A stretch of DNA of 64,000 bases from Octopus bimaculoides (lineage: Eukaryota): NCBI RefSeq assembly GCF_001194135.2, contig NC_068986.1, positions 112,964,266-113,028,265 of the forward strand, in the 5' to 3' direction. Both the position numbers and the translations under genes were made by a program. The first letter of the stretch is position 1, and each line of letters opens with the position of its first letter. Below the pieces are notes generated by a model. The model was not told the DNA's origin. It was given only the letters and a program-made list of their open reading frames with translations, and did no database searches. Below, one piece after another: positions 52,041-64,000 of the stretch.

Positions 52041-52754
52041 CTCTGTACGTAGATTCTTAAATTTAAAATCATTAATTATATTCAAAAGATCTTCAAAAGA
52101 ATACGACAGGAAACTTTCCATGAAAAAGATTCGTGTCGATACGTTTCATATAGATATTTCTTTATGTATAATTAATTATTAGNNNNNNNNNNNNNNNNNN
52201 NNNNNNNNNNNNNNNNNNNNNNNNNNNNNNNNNNNNNNNNNNNNNNNNNNNNNNNNNNNNNNNNNNNNNNNNNNNNNNNNNNNNNNNNNNNNNNNNNNNN
52301 NNNNNNNNNNNNNNNNNNNNNNNNNNNNNNNNNNNNNNNNNNNNNNNNNNNNNNNNNNNNNNNNNNNNNNNNNNNNNNNNNNNNNNNNNNNNNNNNNNNN
52401 NNNNNNNNNNNNNNNNNNNNNNNNNNNNNNNNNNNNNNNNNNNNNNNNNNNNNNNNNNNNNNNNNNNNNNNNNNNNNNNNNNNNNNNNNNNNNNNNNNNN
52501 NNNNNNNNNNNNNNNNNNNNNNNNNNNNNNNNNNNNNNNNNNNNNNNNNNNNNNNNNNNNNNNNNNNNNNNNNNNNNNNNNNNNNNNNNNNNNNNNNNNN
52601 NNNNNNNNNNNNNNNNNNNNNNNNNNNNNNNNNNNNNNNNNNNNNNNNNNNNNNNNNNNNNNNNNNNNNNNNNNNNNNNNNNNNNNNNNNNNNNNNNNNT
52701 ATATACATAAAATATACGCACGCACCAACATGAACAGTACATGGACACCCCCCC

Positions 52755-52792
<38 letters not shown>

Positions 52793-53398
52793 AATGACGA
52801 GAAAAGAGTGAGAGGGGAAAAAGAGAAATAGTAACATACTTCAGAGAGAGAGAGAGAGAGAGAAAGAGAGGGAGAGTGTCGCTTTATTAATTGAATAGTA
52901 ATTTCTCAGCGAAATTCTAACCGAATTCGTAGTGAGAGAAATGTTGTACATCGACACGAAAACTGCCGCAGGTAGGAAGATGCTAAAAAAATATTGTTGA
53001 CTTCATAGTAGTACCAGTTAAAAACGCATGCGTTGGGCGGCAAAAGATAAAAAAACTGCATATGCGTGTAATTTTGAGTATATATGCGTGATCTCGCAAG
53101 TGAATGTGCGTATTTCAGTGAGATTGTGCGTGCGTGTGTGTGTGTGTGTGTGTACTTTAGAAAGAAAAAAATAACTTTCAGAAGAAAAAGATGAAGGCAA
53201 GGGATAAAAAAGTGACACCACTCCGTATTGTGCAAATAACTGCCAGGCTATATAACATTTGCCGAGCACGTACAGCCATGCATACAGTCCGATATCATAC
53301 GCGTTTATATTTATATATATGTATATATATATACATATACATATATATATGTGTGTATATCTATATACATATATATATGTGTGTATGTATGATTGTAC

Positions 53399-53447
<49 letters not shown>

Positions 53448-53511
53448 NNNNNNNNNNNNNNNNNNNNNNNNNNNNNNNNNNNNNNNNNNNNNNNNNNNNN
53501 NNNNNNNNNNC

Positions 53512-53542
<31 letters not shown>

Positions 53543-54115
53543 AACTTATATATGCATGTATATGCATGCGTATATGTGTATATGTATGTATGTATATATA
53601 TATTTGCAAACGTAGACATATTGGCAAGGTTATTTCGCGGCAAATGTTGTAATTCTGTTATTGCAATTTGGTATGAGGGGTTTGGCATCAACCCATATAA
53701 AAATTGTAAGGATTCAGATTGATCGAAGGTAAAGTTCCTTGGCCGGCAGGAGTAATGTGAATAATATGAGAAGAGAAAATAAAAACAACAGTATATGGAG
53801 CGCCACCCTCACAACCGCTGCATCCATTATCAGCACGATCAACAGCAAATACGATAACAATAGCAACAACAACAACAATCATAACAAAAATAACAATCGT
53901 AGTGTTAATGTAACAGTAATGTTGATGATGAAGAGATAAACTAATTATTTATAATTATTTCAGTGTATCGTATCATGTTATCAGAATAATGCTTCCTTCC
54001 ATTTCAATTATGGAAATAGAGTTTGTATATTTGTACGCCATGTTATATATTTATATATATATATTTCTCTACCTATGTATCTGTGTGTGTATCTATCTCT
54101 CTACCTGCCTGTCAG

Positions 54116-54163
<48 letters not shown>

Positions 54164-55216
54164 NNNNNNNNNNNNNNNNNNNNNNNNNNNNNNNNNNNNN
54201 NNNNNNNNNNNNNNNNNNNNNNNNNNNNNNNNNNNNNNNNNNNNNNNNNNNNNNNNNNNNNNNNNNNNNNNNNNNNNNNNNNNNNNNNNNNNNNNNNNNN
54301 NNNNNNNNNNNNNNNNNNNNNNNNNNNNNNNNNNNNNNNNNNNNNNNNNNNNNNNNNNNNNNNNNNNNNNNNNNNNNNNNNNNNNNNNNNNNNNNNNNNN
54401 NNNNNNNNNNNNNNNNNNNNNNNNNNNNNNNNNNNNNNNNNNNNNNNNNNNNNNNNNNNNNNNNNNNNNNNNNNNNNNNNNNNNNNNNNNNNNNNNNNNN
54501 NNNNNNNNNNNNNNNNNNNNNNNNNNNNNNNNNNNNNNNNNNNNNNNNNNNNNNNNNNNNNNNNNNNNNNNNNNNNNNNNNNNNNNNNNNNNNNNNNNNN
54601 NNNNNNNNNNNNNNNNNNNNNNNNNNNNNNNNNNNNNNNNNNNNNNNNNNNNNNNNNNNNNNNNNNNNNNNNNNNNNNNNNNNNNNNNNNNNNNNNNNNN
54701 NNNNNNNNNNNNNNNNNNNNNNNNNNNNNNNNNNNNNNNNNNNNNNNNNNNNNNNNNNNNNNNNNNNNNNNNNNNNNNNNNNNNNNNNNNNNNNNNNNNN
54801 NNNNNNNNNNNNNNNNNNNNNNNNNNNNNNNNNNNNNNNNNNNNNNNNNNNNNNNNNNNNNNNNNNNNNNNNNNNNNNNNNNNNNNNNNNNNNNNNNNNN
54901 NNNNNNNNNNNNNNNNNNNNNNNNNNNNNNNNNNNNNNNNNNNNNNNNNNNNNNNNNNNNNNNNNNNNNNNNNNNNNNNNNNNNNNNNNNNNNNNNNNNN
55001 NNNNNNNNNNNNNNNNNNNNNNNNNNNNNNNNNNNNNNNNNNNNNNNNNNNNNNNNNNNNNNNNNNNNNNNNNNNNNNNNNNNNNNNNNNNNNNNNNNNN
55101 NNNNNNNNNNNNNNNNNNNNNNNNNNNNNNNNNNNNNNNNNNNNNNNNNNCATACATCCATACATATATAGATAGATAGATAGATAGATATATGTGTGTT
55201 TATGTATGTATATATA

Positions 55217-55250
<34 letters not shown>

Positions 55251-55481
55251 ATCATTATGCAAATATATACACATACATATGCATAAATGTGTGTGTGTAT
55301 GTGTGTTTTAGTGCACATTATATCTACGTTTATTATTTACATTTTTTACATTTGACGGATATTTGTCCTCATCTTGTTTGTACTTAACACAGTATTTCGG
55401 TTGATATACTCTCCGGCCTTTATCACGTTTCTTGGGGTGATTTCGAACCTGAGTTCTCATTCTTAAGGTATTTTTGAATGT

Positions 55482-55661
<180 letters not shown>

Positions 55662-56983
55662 TGCCTTTGCACAGCTTCTAACGCTGGAGATGTACTGCAG
55701 TGACAGCTGTTCACTACCAGTGAACTAAGGTAACACCTCTTATTTTTCGAGCATCTTCCGGAGTATTTGAACGGTTCCAAGCAGTGCGCTTTTCTGCAAG
55801 TTCTCCAACCTTATTACAGCCGATATTTGTTTCACGTACTTCTCGAGATTTTTACTCACTCTTCCCAGGGTCCCGATAATTTTTGCTACAACTGCTACCT
55901 TTTTCCTCGATCACAACTTCTTAACTTCCCAAGCTAACCTGTCATATCTATCGACTTTTCTTCCTTTCTTATCGCATACCTTCTTGTCAGCTGGGCATGC
56001 TATATCTATGACCCAGCATAGTCTGATTTCTTTCTCAATTAAGACTATGTCCGGCTTCCTATTCTCTATCTCATGGTCTCACTCAATCATTAAATCCTAC
56101 AGAATCTTTGCATTATCAATTTCGATGATGTCTTCAGGTTTGCGGTCGTACTAATTTTTGTCTCTGTCAGGTCCAGATGTGCTGCAGAGTGTCCAATGGA
56201 CAAGCCTGGCTAATATTCTCGTGGCGTCTCTTATATTCCGTCTGGCCTAGTGGCGTACATCGGCTGGTAATATGCCATACGGTTTCACTGTTTTGTCCAC
56301 TAATTCTGCCCTTATCACTTTCTGCTGCGTTACCTGTTCGGTATTTTATGTAGTTTATTCTTAGTGCTTGCTCTTGAGGAACACAAATTAGAGCCTCCGT
56401 TTCAAGTTTTAAATCACATTTAATCATACGCAGCCATTTTTTTCTCTGTTTTATCCATGAAATTGACCATGCATTATTTTCTTTACCCACCTATTTTCAG
56501 TTTCATTCGTTTTCAATTTCTTGTACAGTGCTTTATCTTTGCAATCTTTCATCCCACACAAGCCTGACCTTCCTACTTCTAATAATAGCGGTTCTGTGGC
56601 ATTTTTTACATACCGTGCTATGTTGTTTTCTTCTGCTGTAATGCTGTGTCCCCCTCTTTTTCTTGGTACATAGTGTCTGTCAGTGTCACTTTTTGGGTAG
56701 TGTGACGCATATCTAGTTAGCATCTTCCCTGTCTTTCTATCTAAGCTGTTTAGTTCGTCTACTGTCTATGCGATTACCCCTGCTCCATATTTAAGGAGTG
56801 AAACCTCTCAGGTATTGATAGCTTCGATCTTATTCCGTCCGTTTAGTTTCGATTTAAGCACTAGTCTCAGTCTCCACAAGTACTCCACCTTAAATTCTTC
56901 TGTCATTTCTTTCTCCATCAATTTATCCATTTCCAGTATCTCCAGGTACTTATAACCCTTCTGGCTCGCCAGCCCTCAGTCAA
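55662..56983 (-). mobile_element. R4/Dong-type LINE, ~1.3 kb 3' part (RT thumb, knuckle, RLE, 3' UTR), degraded
   Basis: Reads RLRLVLKSKLNGRNKIEAINT, LDRKT.KMLT, YPKSDTDR.YVPRKRGG, EALICVPQEQALRINYIKY, ETVWHITSRCTPLGQTEYKRRH, NRKPDIVLIEKEIRLCWVIDIACPAD, LQKSALLGTVQILRKMLEK*. Confidence 0.92.
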
Positions 56984-57085
56984 ACCGTCCAGCCCTTGCC
57001 AGCATGGAAAGCAGACGTTAAACAACAACGACGACGACGATGATAATGATGATTATGATGATGAGGACGACGACGACGACGATGC
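56984..57085 (+). mobile_element. 3' tail of another retroposon with (CAA)/(GAC)/(GAT) tail
   Basis: accgtccagcccttgccagcatggaaagcagacgttaaa followed by trinucleotide repeats; recalled as a common cephalopod retroposon end. Confidence 0.5.
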
Positions 57086-57229
57086 ATGTATGTGTGTGTT
57101 TGTGTGTGTTTCTCCTATAGTTTAAACATATTAATTTTGTATCCAAGAAAATACAATGGTTTTCATGTCTATCAGGAAACTAGAAAATCTAGCGTCAAAA
57201 TTTAAAAGTTATTCTAACAATTTATTTAA

Positions 57230-57232
<3 letters not shown>

Positions 57233-57270
<38 letters not shown>

Positions 57271-57288
57271 TCTCTCTATCTTTCTCTT

Positions 57289-57336
<48 letters not shown>

Positions 57337-57378
57337 TCTCTTTCTCTCTCTCCCCCTCTCTCTCCCTCTCTCTCTCTT

Positions 57379-57410
<32 letters not shown>

Positions 57411-57417
57411 CCTCTCT
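57233..57417. repeat. (CT)n imperfect microsatellite
   Basis: Directly visible. Confidence 0.95.
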
Positions 57418-59214
57418 TCCAAATGTTGAGAAATGGTGATTTGAGTGACTCTATTCTCCATCATACCATCTAAACTCAATTTCTACATAATATCAATGAT
57501 ATTTTGTATCACAAAACCTCTAAACAAGTAAAATAAGCAGGGTCGCTATTGTTGCCTTCCCTCGCAATTTTGGACGATCATTCAAGACGACATGTCATTT
57601 AGATCATAGCCCAGACTGTATCGTAAGACTATAACTTCAACTTCAGAGGAAAAAAATAACTTAAAGTATGACCAAATGGAGAACCACTACAATATTACAT
57701 TCTGAATAACGTTGTCATGTTGCGGACAAAGCACATATCAATACTCTGGTTCTCCTGTGTCTACTACACCAAAAACAAAACTGTGTCTCGTGAACCATTC
57801 ATTTCGTTTCTTGTTTATATGTCAGTTTTTAAAACTAGTTTTTATGACTTAGTTTGTCAAGGGACTTCCTTTAGTTATCTTTTTATAGTCTGTTTTAAAT
57901 AAGCCCATATGTTTGCACAATATGTGACATTGCCTACTCTTGGATTAATCTCTCAGGTAATTGGTTTACTTCATCATGTACCTCTGCTATGCAAACTATG
58001 TCTGTAAAAGTATTTAATTGCGTTCAGTTATAAATACCGAGTATAGGGAATTTTTCGTCCCGATATCCTTGCGTAAAGATCTCATCGCAAGAAGTGTGAA
58101 ACGAACTGTAAATATGCAATAGCTGCTGAAGAATTAGAGAGCTTTGATGTTTAAGACTTTATTATTGTCACAGACTATGACGGAAGGAATGTGAAACACT
58201 AATGGATTAACCAATTGATTAATTTACTACTTATTTAATAGACTGGTGATAAAACTGAAATGAAATGTAAATACTCCGTGTGTCTTTACATGCAATGTGA
58301 CCCTCCCAATCTACAACAGCTAAGGAAGAGATAGAGTCTGTTAAAGAATGTTCAGGCATCAAGCACTCCCAGACACATACAAGTGTTACTTTCTTTACTT
58401 CATTCAATAATGTCTGCGCGTGCGTGCGCGTTTGTGTGTGTATGTGTGTGAGAGGGAATAATTACAATGCTTTTTGTTAAGGTATATTTTTGCACCAAAT
58501 CTTGAAATTTTAGAGAACATGTTCAAATTCTATTAGCTTTTACATACTTATGTAATAGTTCGCAATAATTTTATGGAAATTATCTCATGATGTTATGTTG
58601 TACTACAAAAATATAGATTGGGCATCGATTTCTTTAGCGCTATAGAAACGTGGCTGTTTGTACCTCAATATAACTCGATGAGATAATAAGAATATCTTGC
58701 ACGGATTATTTTATTTGGCATGTGTGATATTGTCTTGAAACATTAAGTTAAAAGAAAGCATATTCGGAAAATATCCAGGGAGAAAATTGACGTTCTTTCA
58801 TTTCTTCTTAACTAAGATAAAATTCCGGAAACATAAAAGTCTTCTATCAATTATGTACAAATATATTTCAGCAACGGAATTCAAGAATATATAATTGAAG
58901 AGATTGCGTGGTGTAATTTTTCCATTTGATGTCTCGTTGATATTTTGTTACAATATGAAGATAATTGAGGTTGATTGAAAGCTTTTTGTAAAGAAAATTC
59001 TAAGTTTAAATTTTGATTGTTCGATGTATAAAAAGAAAATATGAAACTTTAATGGGAGAAATTCAGCTGAATGTGATAGGCGTTATAATTATATTTCAAT
59101 CACATGGTGTAGCATATTGCAGAATAGTGCCACATGTTGAAATTTCGCTTGAATATTTACAGTGAAAATTATAGAAAAAAATAGGCATTATTAATACCCG
59201 TGTTGTTCATAAAG

Positions 59215-59352
<138 letters not shown>

Positions 59353-59434
59353 ATCACGATAATGTGACATCTCAAATCAATAACAATACCTATTTTTATT
59401 GAAGCACTTGAAATGGCATGAAAATGAGCAAATA

Positions 59435-59580
59435 AATATACAAACGAAATTCGTAGCAGCTCCAAAATAAGCGAATTGCAAAGATCATACTTGTGGGTAC
59501 CTCACGTATTTTACGTAACTTCCTTTCCATCGAGAAATAATCATTTTTGATTTAGTTTTATTATAAAATTTCTAAAAGAT
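59435..59580 (+). mobile_element. R4/Dong-type LINE extreme 3' end
   Basis: KYTNEIRSSSKISELQ/IILVGTSRILRNFLSIEK* matches the conserved Dong-like C-terminus ELQK..L.GT..ILR..L. Confidence 0.65.
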
Positions 59581-60389
59581 AATTTTTGTTTTTAAAGGCA
59601 AATATCAGTTCTTTTATGTTTTTTTTTTATTCTTGTTAGCTTCATGGCACCTCACCTGGTTGCATTTTGAGACGTAAAAATGTGGCTTCTTTTGCCGCCT
59701 CTGGTTGAGATTGGAGTACAACTTGTATGATTTAAAGCAAACGCAAAATATGCTGATGTTGCTATTACTACTACGACTACTACTACTACTAATATTACTA
59801 ACAACAAGAACAACAATCGTAATAATAATTTCTTTTATTTGCAAAAGGGGCATAAAGAGAGGGACACTTGAAGGACAGATGAGAATTTGAGTGGGAATTT
59901 GCATAAGGAATGGGGGAATAGAAATGGAAAAAACAGTAAAATGCTATAAAGGTAGACTACACATATATGGTAACATGAATTATGCAGTCCTCCTGCTACA
60001 GAACAAATTCCATCTACAGCCAGCCAAGGACTCCACACATCCAGGATTAAACTGACCACCAAAGGTGCGAGCCCTGTCTCCTGCTCTCAATCTACAGGCG
60101 CATTTTTAGAGTAGGGTCCATCACTCGAACCGTTTTTGTCTCAGTTACTCGTTTACTTGTCTTTTCACAAATTCACTAGGAGGAAGCACTTGTCTCTACA
60201 CCCTTTCTTTTCATTTCAAGTGGAACTTTAAAAAAGTCAATGAGCGACGAGGAAGGTGTCTTTCACCAACACTTTCAGCTTCGTCCATTTCACAATCTCA
60301 TTCGCCATAGCCACTAGACATAGGACCAACGGCTGACCTACCTTGTTAAAGGTAGCTGCTAGGGTGATATTCACATTGGGTCCGGCCGA

Positions 60390-61022
60390 TGATCGGATTC
60401 GTATCACAGACAATAACACCTGTTCGTCATAACCCTATAAACCAGTGGCGATCTTCCAGTTGTATATTACTGCATATCTCTTCCTCCTTCGCTCCAGGGA
60501 GGAGAGTCTTAGCTGTTTCATCATTCCCCAGTATCTTCACTGGATTACTTCAATGTCTGCTGTTAATTTTACACTGCGGGGTGGCTATAGCTGAGAGCTG
60601 TTGTCCAGAGGAGCATCATAAGTTCCTTCGCTCTGGTTCTGAAGGTACGCAGGACCCAGCCAGCCACCCAGCCGTCTTCACTTTATCGCCATCCTGGAAT
60701 GTGCACTTGGAAAGAGGTATCATCACTAATGTTCATACACAGGTCACGCACTGATTTGGGTTCTGGCATTGTAATCCCCACTGGCCTAGTGTATTCTGTA
60801 AGTTTTTCGTTCAGTCTTGGGTGATGTCAGCGCAGGGCTTAGCACTTTCCAGCATTAAACTGCATATTATTTCCGCAGCCCATCTGTAAATTGAGTCCAA
60901 CACCTGCTGCAAGCGTGCAACGACGCTTAGGGTTTTGTACTTTCTGCGAGATTGGGCAGCTATCCAGGCATTTGAGGGCATATCTGAGAGGGCCATTATG
61001 AAAAGCATTAGTCTCAAGGCTG
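60390..61022 (-). mobile_element. CR1-clade LINE RT fragment, degraded
   Basis: Minus strand reads LMLFIMALSDMPS, RLQQVLDSIYRWAA, NNMQFNAGK, PKSVRDLCMNISDDTSFQVHI, GWVLRTFRTRAKELMMLLW. Confidence 0.8.
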
Positions 61023-61050
61023 GTGTATGCATGCATGTATATATGTATGC

Positions 61051-61097
<47 letters not shown>

Positions 61098-61363
61098 TGT
61101 GTATAAGTATGTATATACATACATATATATATATATATNNNNNNNNNNNNNNNNNNNNNNNNNNNNNNNNNNNNNNNNNNNNNNNNNNNNNNNNNNNNNN
61201 NNNNNNNNNNNNNAGATAAAATAAAAAAAGAAATAAGCGGAAATTTTACCGGTGAGTGTTAAATTACAAGGCACTAAAAGAGACTGACACTCCCCAGACA
61301 CAGGAGAATCTGCTTCGACACACGAACTCACATAGGGAATCTTGCAAACAAAAACCAAAAACG

Positions 61364-61420
<57 letters not shown>

Positions 61421-61864
61421 AGATGTATGTGTCTTCACTTTTCACAAGAAAACGGCTTCACCAGTAACTTCCATTCTTGCGATGCACAAATAATTACACC
61501 TCAGACATATAATAGGGTCTTCATTTGATTTATTTTATTAGAAATAAAAAGATATTGCTTTATATTTATGATTCACTTCTTTAAGAATTTTCCTGAACGT
61601 CAACTTCCGGTATTAACGTAAAAACCGTGAAGTCTCCCAGTCTCTATTTTAATGTTCGCTATTTGTAAACAACTGTGATAAATTACGGAAAGAAATATTT
61701 ACGAAGTTCACAGATTTAAATAATTCGGCACAAAATATTTTTCAACGTGCTTTTAGTTCAACGATTTTTTTCATTCCATGTTTATCTCATTCATTGTTTG
61801 CACTGTTCTCTGCCTGTCTCTCTATCTGTCTGTCTCTGTCTCTCTATGTGTCTGTCTCTGTCTT

Positions 61865-61914
<50 letters not shown>

Positions 61915-62710
61915 ACACGCCACTCCACCACCACATACATACACGCACCCCCTCACCACTACATACACACGCGCACACACATTCGTGGTTTCGTTTCGTT
62001 CTGAACTCGCACACTTCGTTAATTTCTGTAATTTTTGTTTATTTATTTTCTGTTTGCAGGCCATGTTTTTGTATGTACGTTTGTATAAATTTATGTATGT
62101 GTGTGTCCGTCTGCCTGTGTGTGTATGAGTGACTGAAGGGGTGTGTTGTCATCTATACGTACATACATGAATACATATGCATACATCGTTTTTCTGTATA
62201 TGTATGTGCGCGTGTGTGTGAGAGAGAGAGAGAGAGATGTCCAAGTGGCAGTCTCTCACTCTCTCTCTCTCTCTCCCACACATACGCACACACGCACATA
62301 CATACAAGAAAGATGTACGCCTATTTATTTATGTATGCACATATACATGACAACACAACCCTTCACTTGCTCTCTCTCTCACACACACACGTGCACACAT
62401 CTATTTCATAGGATATTTGATACTGTATGTATATGTACCTGTGTGTGTGTGTGCATGCATGCATACGTGCGATGTTCCACAATCGCCAGAGAAAAGCAAA
62501 GATCGGTTGCATGTAGATATGGTTTGAATAGGATTTAAACCGGGTGGATTTCAGGAATTTGTAACAATCTTTGCTTACCAGAGTTTAAAATATAAGATTA
62601 TTTAAAACAATGTGAGTTAAGAATTAAGAGCATAAACAGAAGTTAGATATAAGGCGGTGAATTGCCACAATATTGAGAGCAAAAGATTTTGCAATATTTG
62701 ATCCGACTTA

Positions 62711-62915
62711 AGGCAATGATCTTGTAGAATCGATCGCACGCTGGCAAAGTGCCTAGCAGCATTTCGTCCGTTTTTTACGCTCAGCGCTAAAATTTCGCCT
62801 TTAATCCTTTCGGAGTTGATAAAATAAGTACAAGTTGAGCAATGGAGGTCGATGTAATCGACTTATCTCCTTCCCCTCAAATTGCTGGCCGTGTGACAAA
62901 ATTTGAAGCTAATAT
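62711..62915 (+). mobile_element. SINE family 3
   Basis: gtagaatcgatcgcacgctggcaaagtgcctagcagcatttcgtccg...gataaaataagtac...ggtcgatgtaatcgactt...aaattgctggccgtgtgacaaaatttgaa. Confidence 0.85.
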
Positions 62916-64000
62916 TTGTTCCGCTTCTTGACATCTAAGCTCGGCAACTCAGAGTCTATTATCCCCCTGTTTTTTGAATATATATTTAGTCAAACAATCC
63001 ACCTAATTTGCCGTCATTGTGACGGAGAAACTTTTCTAACAAATGATGTATGTATATCTGTTCCACATTATATAACTTCTCTTCATAACCTAAATCAAAT
63101 CGGTCTATTATTTAGGTTTAAAGGCGTAAAACATCTGAGGACGACAAGAAATCAAACTGACTGAAATGCGCAATAAAGATATACATTTTTTTTTTTGTGA
63201 AATCGTTTTATTTTGTTCTCTGGTTGTCTATTTGTCATTCTTTCTAGTGATTCAATTTATTTTAATGTCGATCAAATAATGTTTTTTTTTATATATATAT
63301 AAACCAAAAACAAAATGCGTACGCTAGATGTTATGTCATATCTAAAGAACAACTACATCTTCACGCTGTAGTTATTATATACTAATTTGTCACTTAATCA
63401 TTCTTTACTGGTTTCCAAAGTAGATGATTGGAGTATCTATGCCAAAGATTCGGCTGCCAAATTATACACCATTCATTCACCTATTCAGCGAAGTTGTTGA
63501 GATTATTACTGCAATTATGGATAATTACGTATCTGAGAGACTTTACCATTTGGTAAAAACTCATCTCCAACTCATAAATTTTAAATTTCTAGAGTGCAAT
63601 TTGTAATCTAGAGGTGACGTACAAAAATCCTCTGGTACCTTGAGGTTACAACATACTGAAAGAAGGACAAAAAGAAAGAAAGAAACAAAGAAACAATTAG
63701 AGAGACTTTCAAAGTTACAGTTGAGAAATGTACACAAACAAGATTATCTAGACATGGTGCTGTCGTTCATATACTAAAGCTTACACAGGTGTTATATATA
63801 TGAGTATACATGTGTGCCTGTATATGCGTATATATACTTATGCATATAAGTGTGTGTGTGTGTGGGGGGAGAGGGCGAGGTGAGAAAGATACATATTCAC
63901 TGTTATATAAGTGTGCTACAAACGTAATTATATATTCACATTTAACGAGATCAGACAGATAAATAACAGGTCATGATCCGGCAACTGTCTTGCGATGAGT

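Overview
AT-rich, intron/intergenic-like eukaryotic DNA from a gappy draft assembly (about 20 N-runs, roughly 7 kb, most flanked by (AT)n). The SINE families and microsatellite landscape look like a cephalopod, most likely Octopus; this is recognition from memory, not a database result. No intact protein-coding gene, rRNA, tRNA gene or CRISPR array is supported. The recognisable content is decayed mobile DNA: a Penelope-like element (RT + C-terminal GIY-YIG) with a SINE nested in it; six R4/Dong-type RLE LINE fragments from at least two families; RTE LINE fragments, one ending in three C2H2-like fingers; CR1-like fragments; an internally deleted mariner with both TIRs; a maT/DD37D-like Tc1/mariner fragment; and three tRNA-derived SINE families. 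Nearly all long entries in the ORF track are microsatellite or N-gap artefacts. Best leads: (i) R4/Dong families that appear to differ in flanking microsatellite, (TAA)n versus (CATA)n; (ii) a (GATA)n microsatellite that expanded inside LINE codons; (iii) an unidentified ~1.1 kb coding fossil at 9.6-10.7 kb; (iv) several weak, isolated candidate host exons, some mucin-like. I cannot support a complete novel biological system from this sequence alone.
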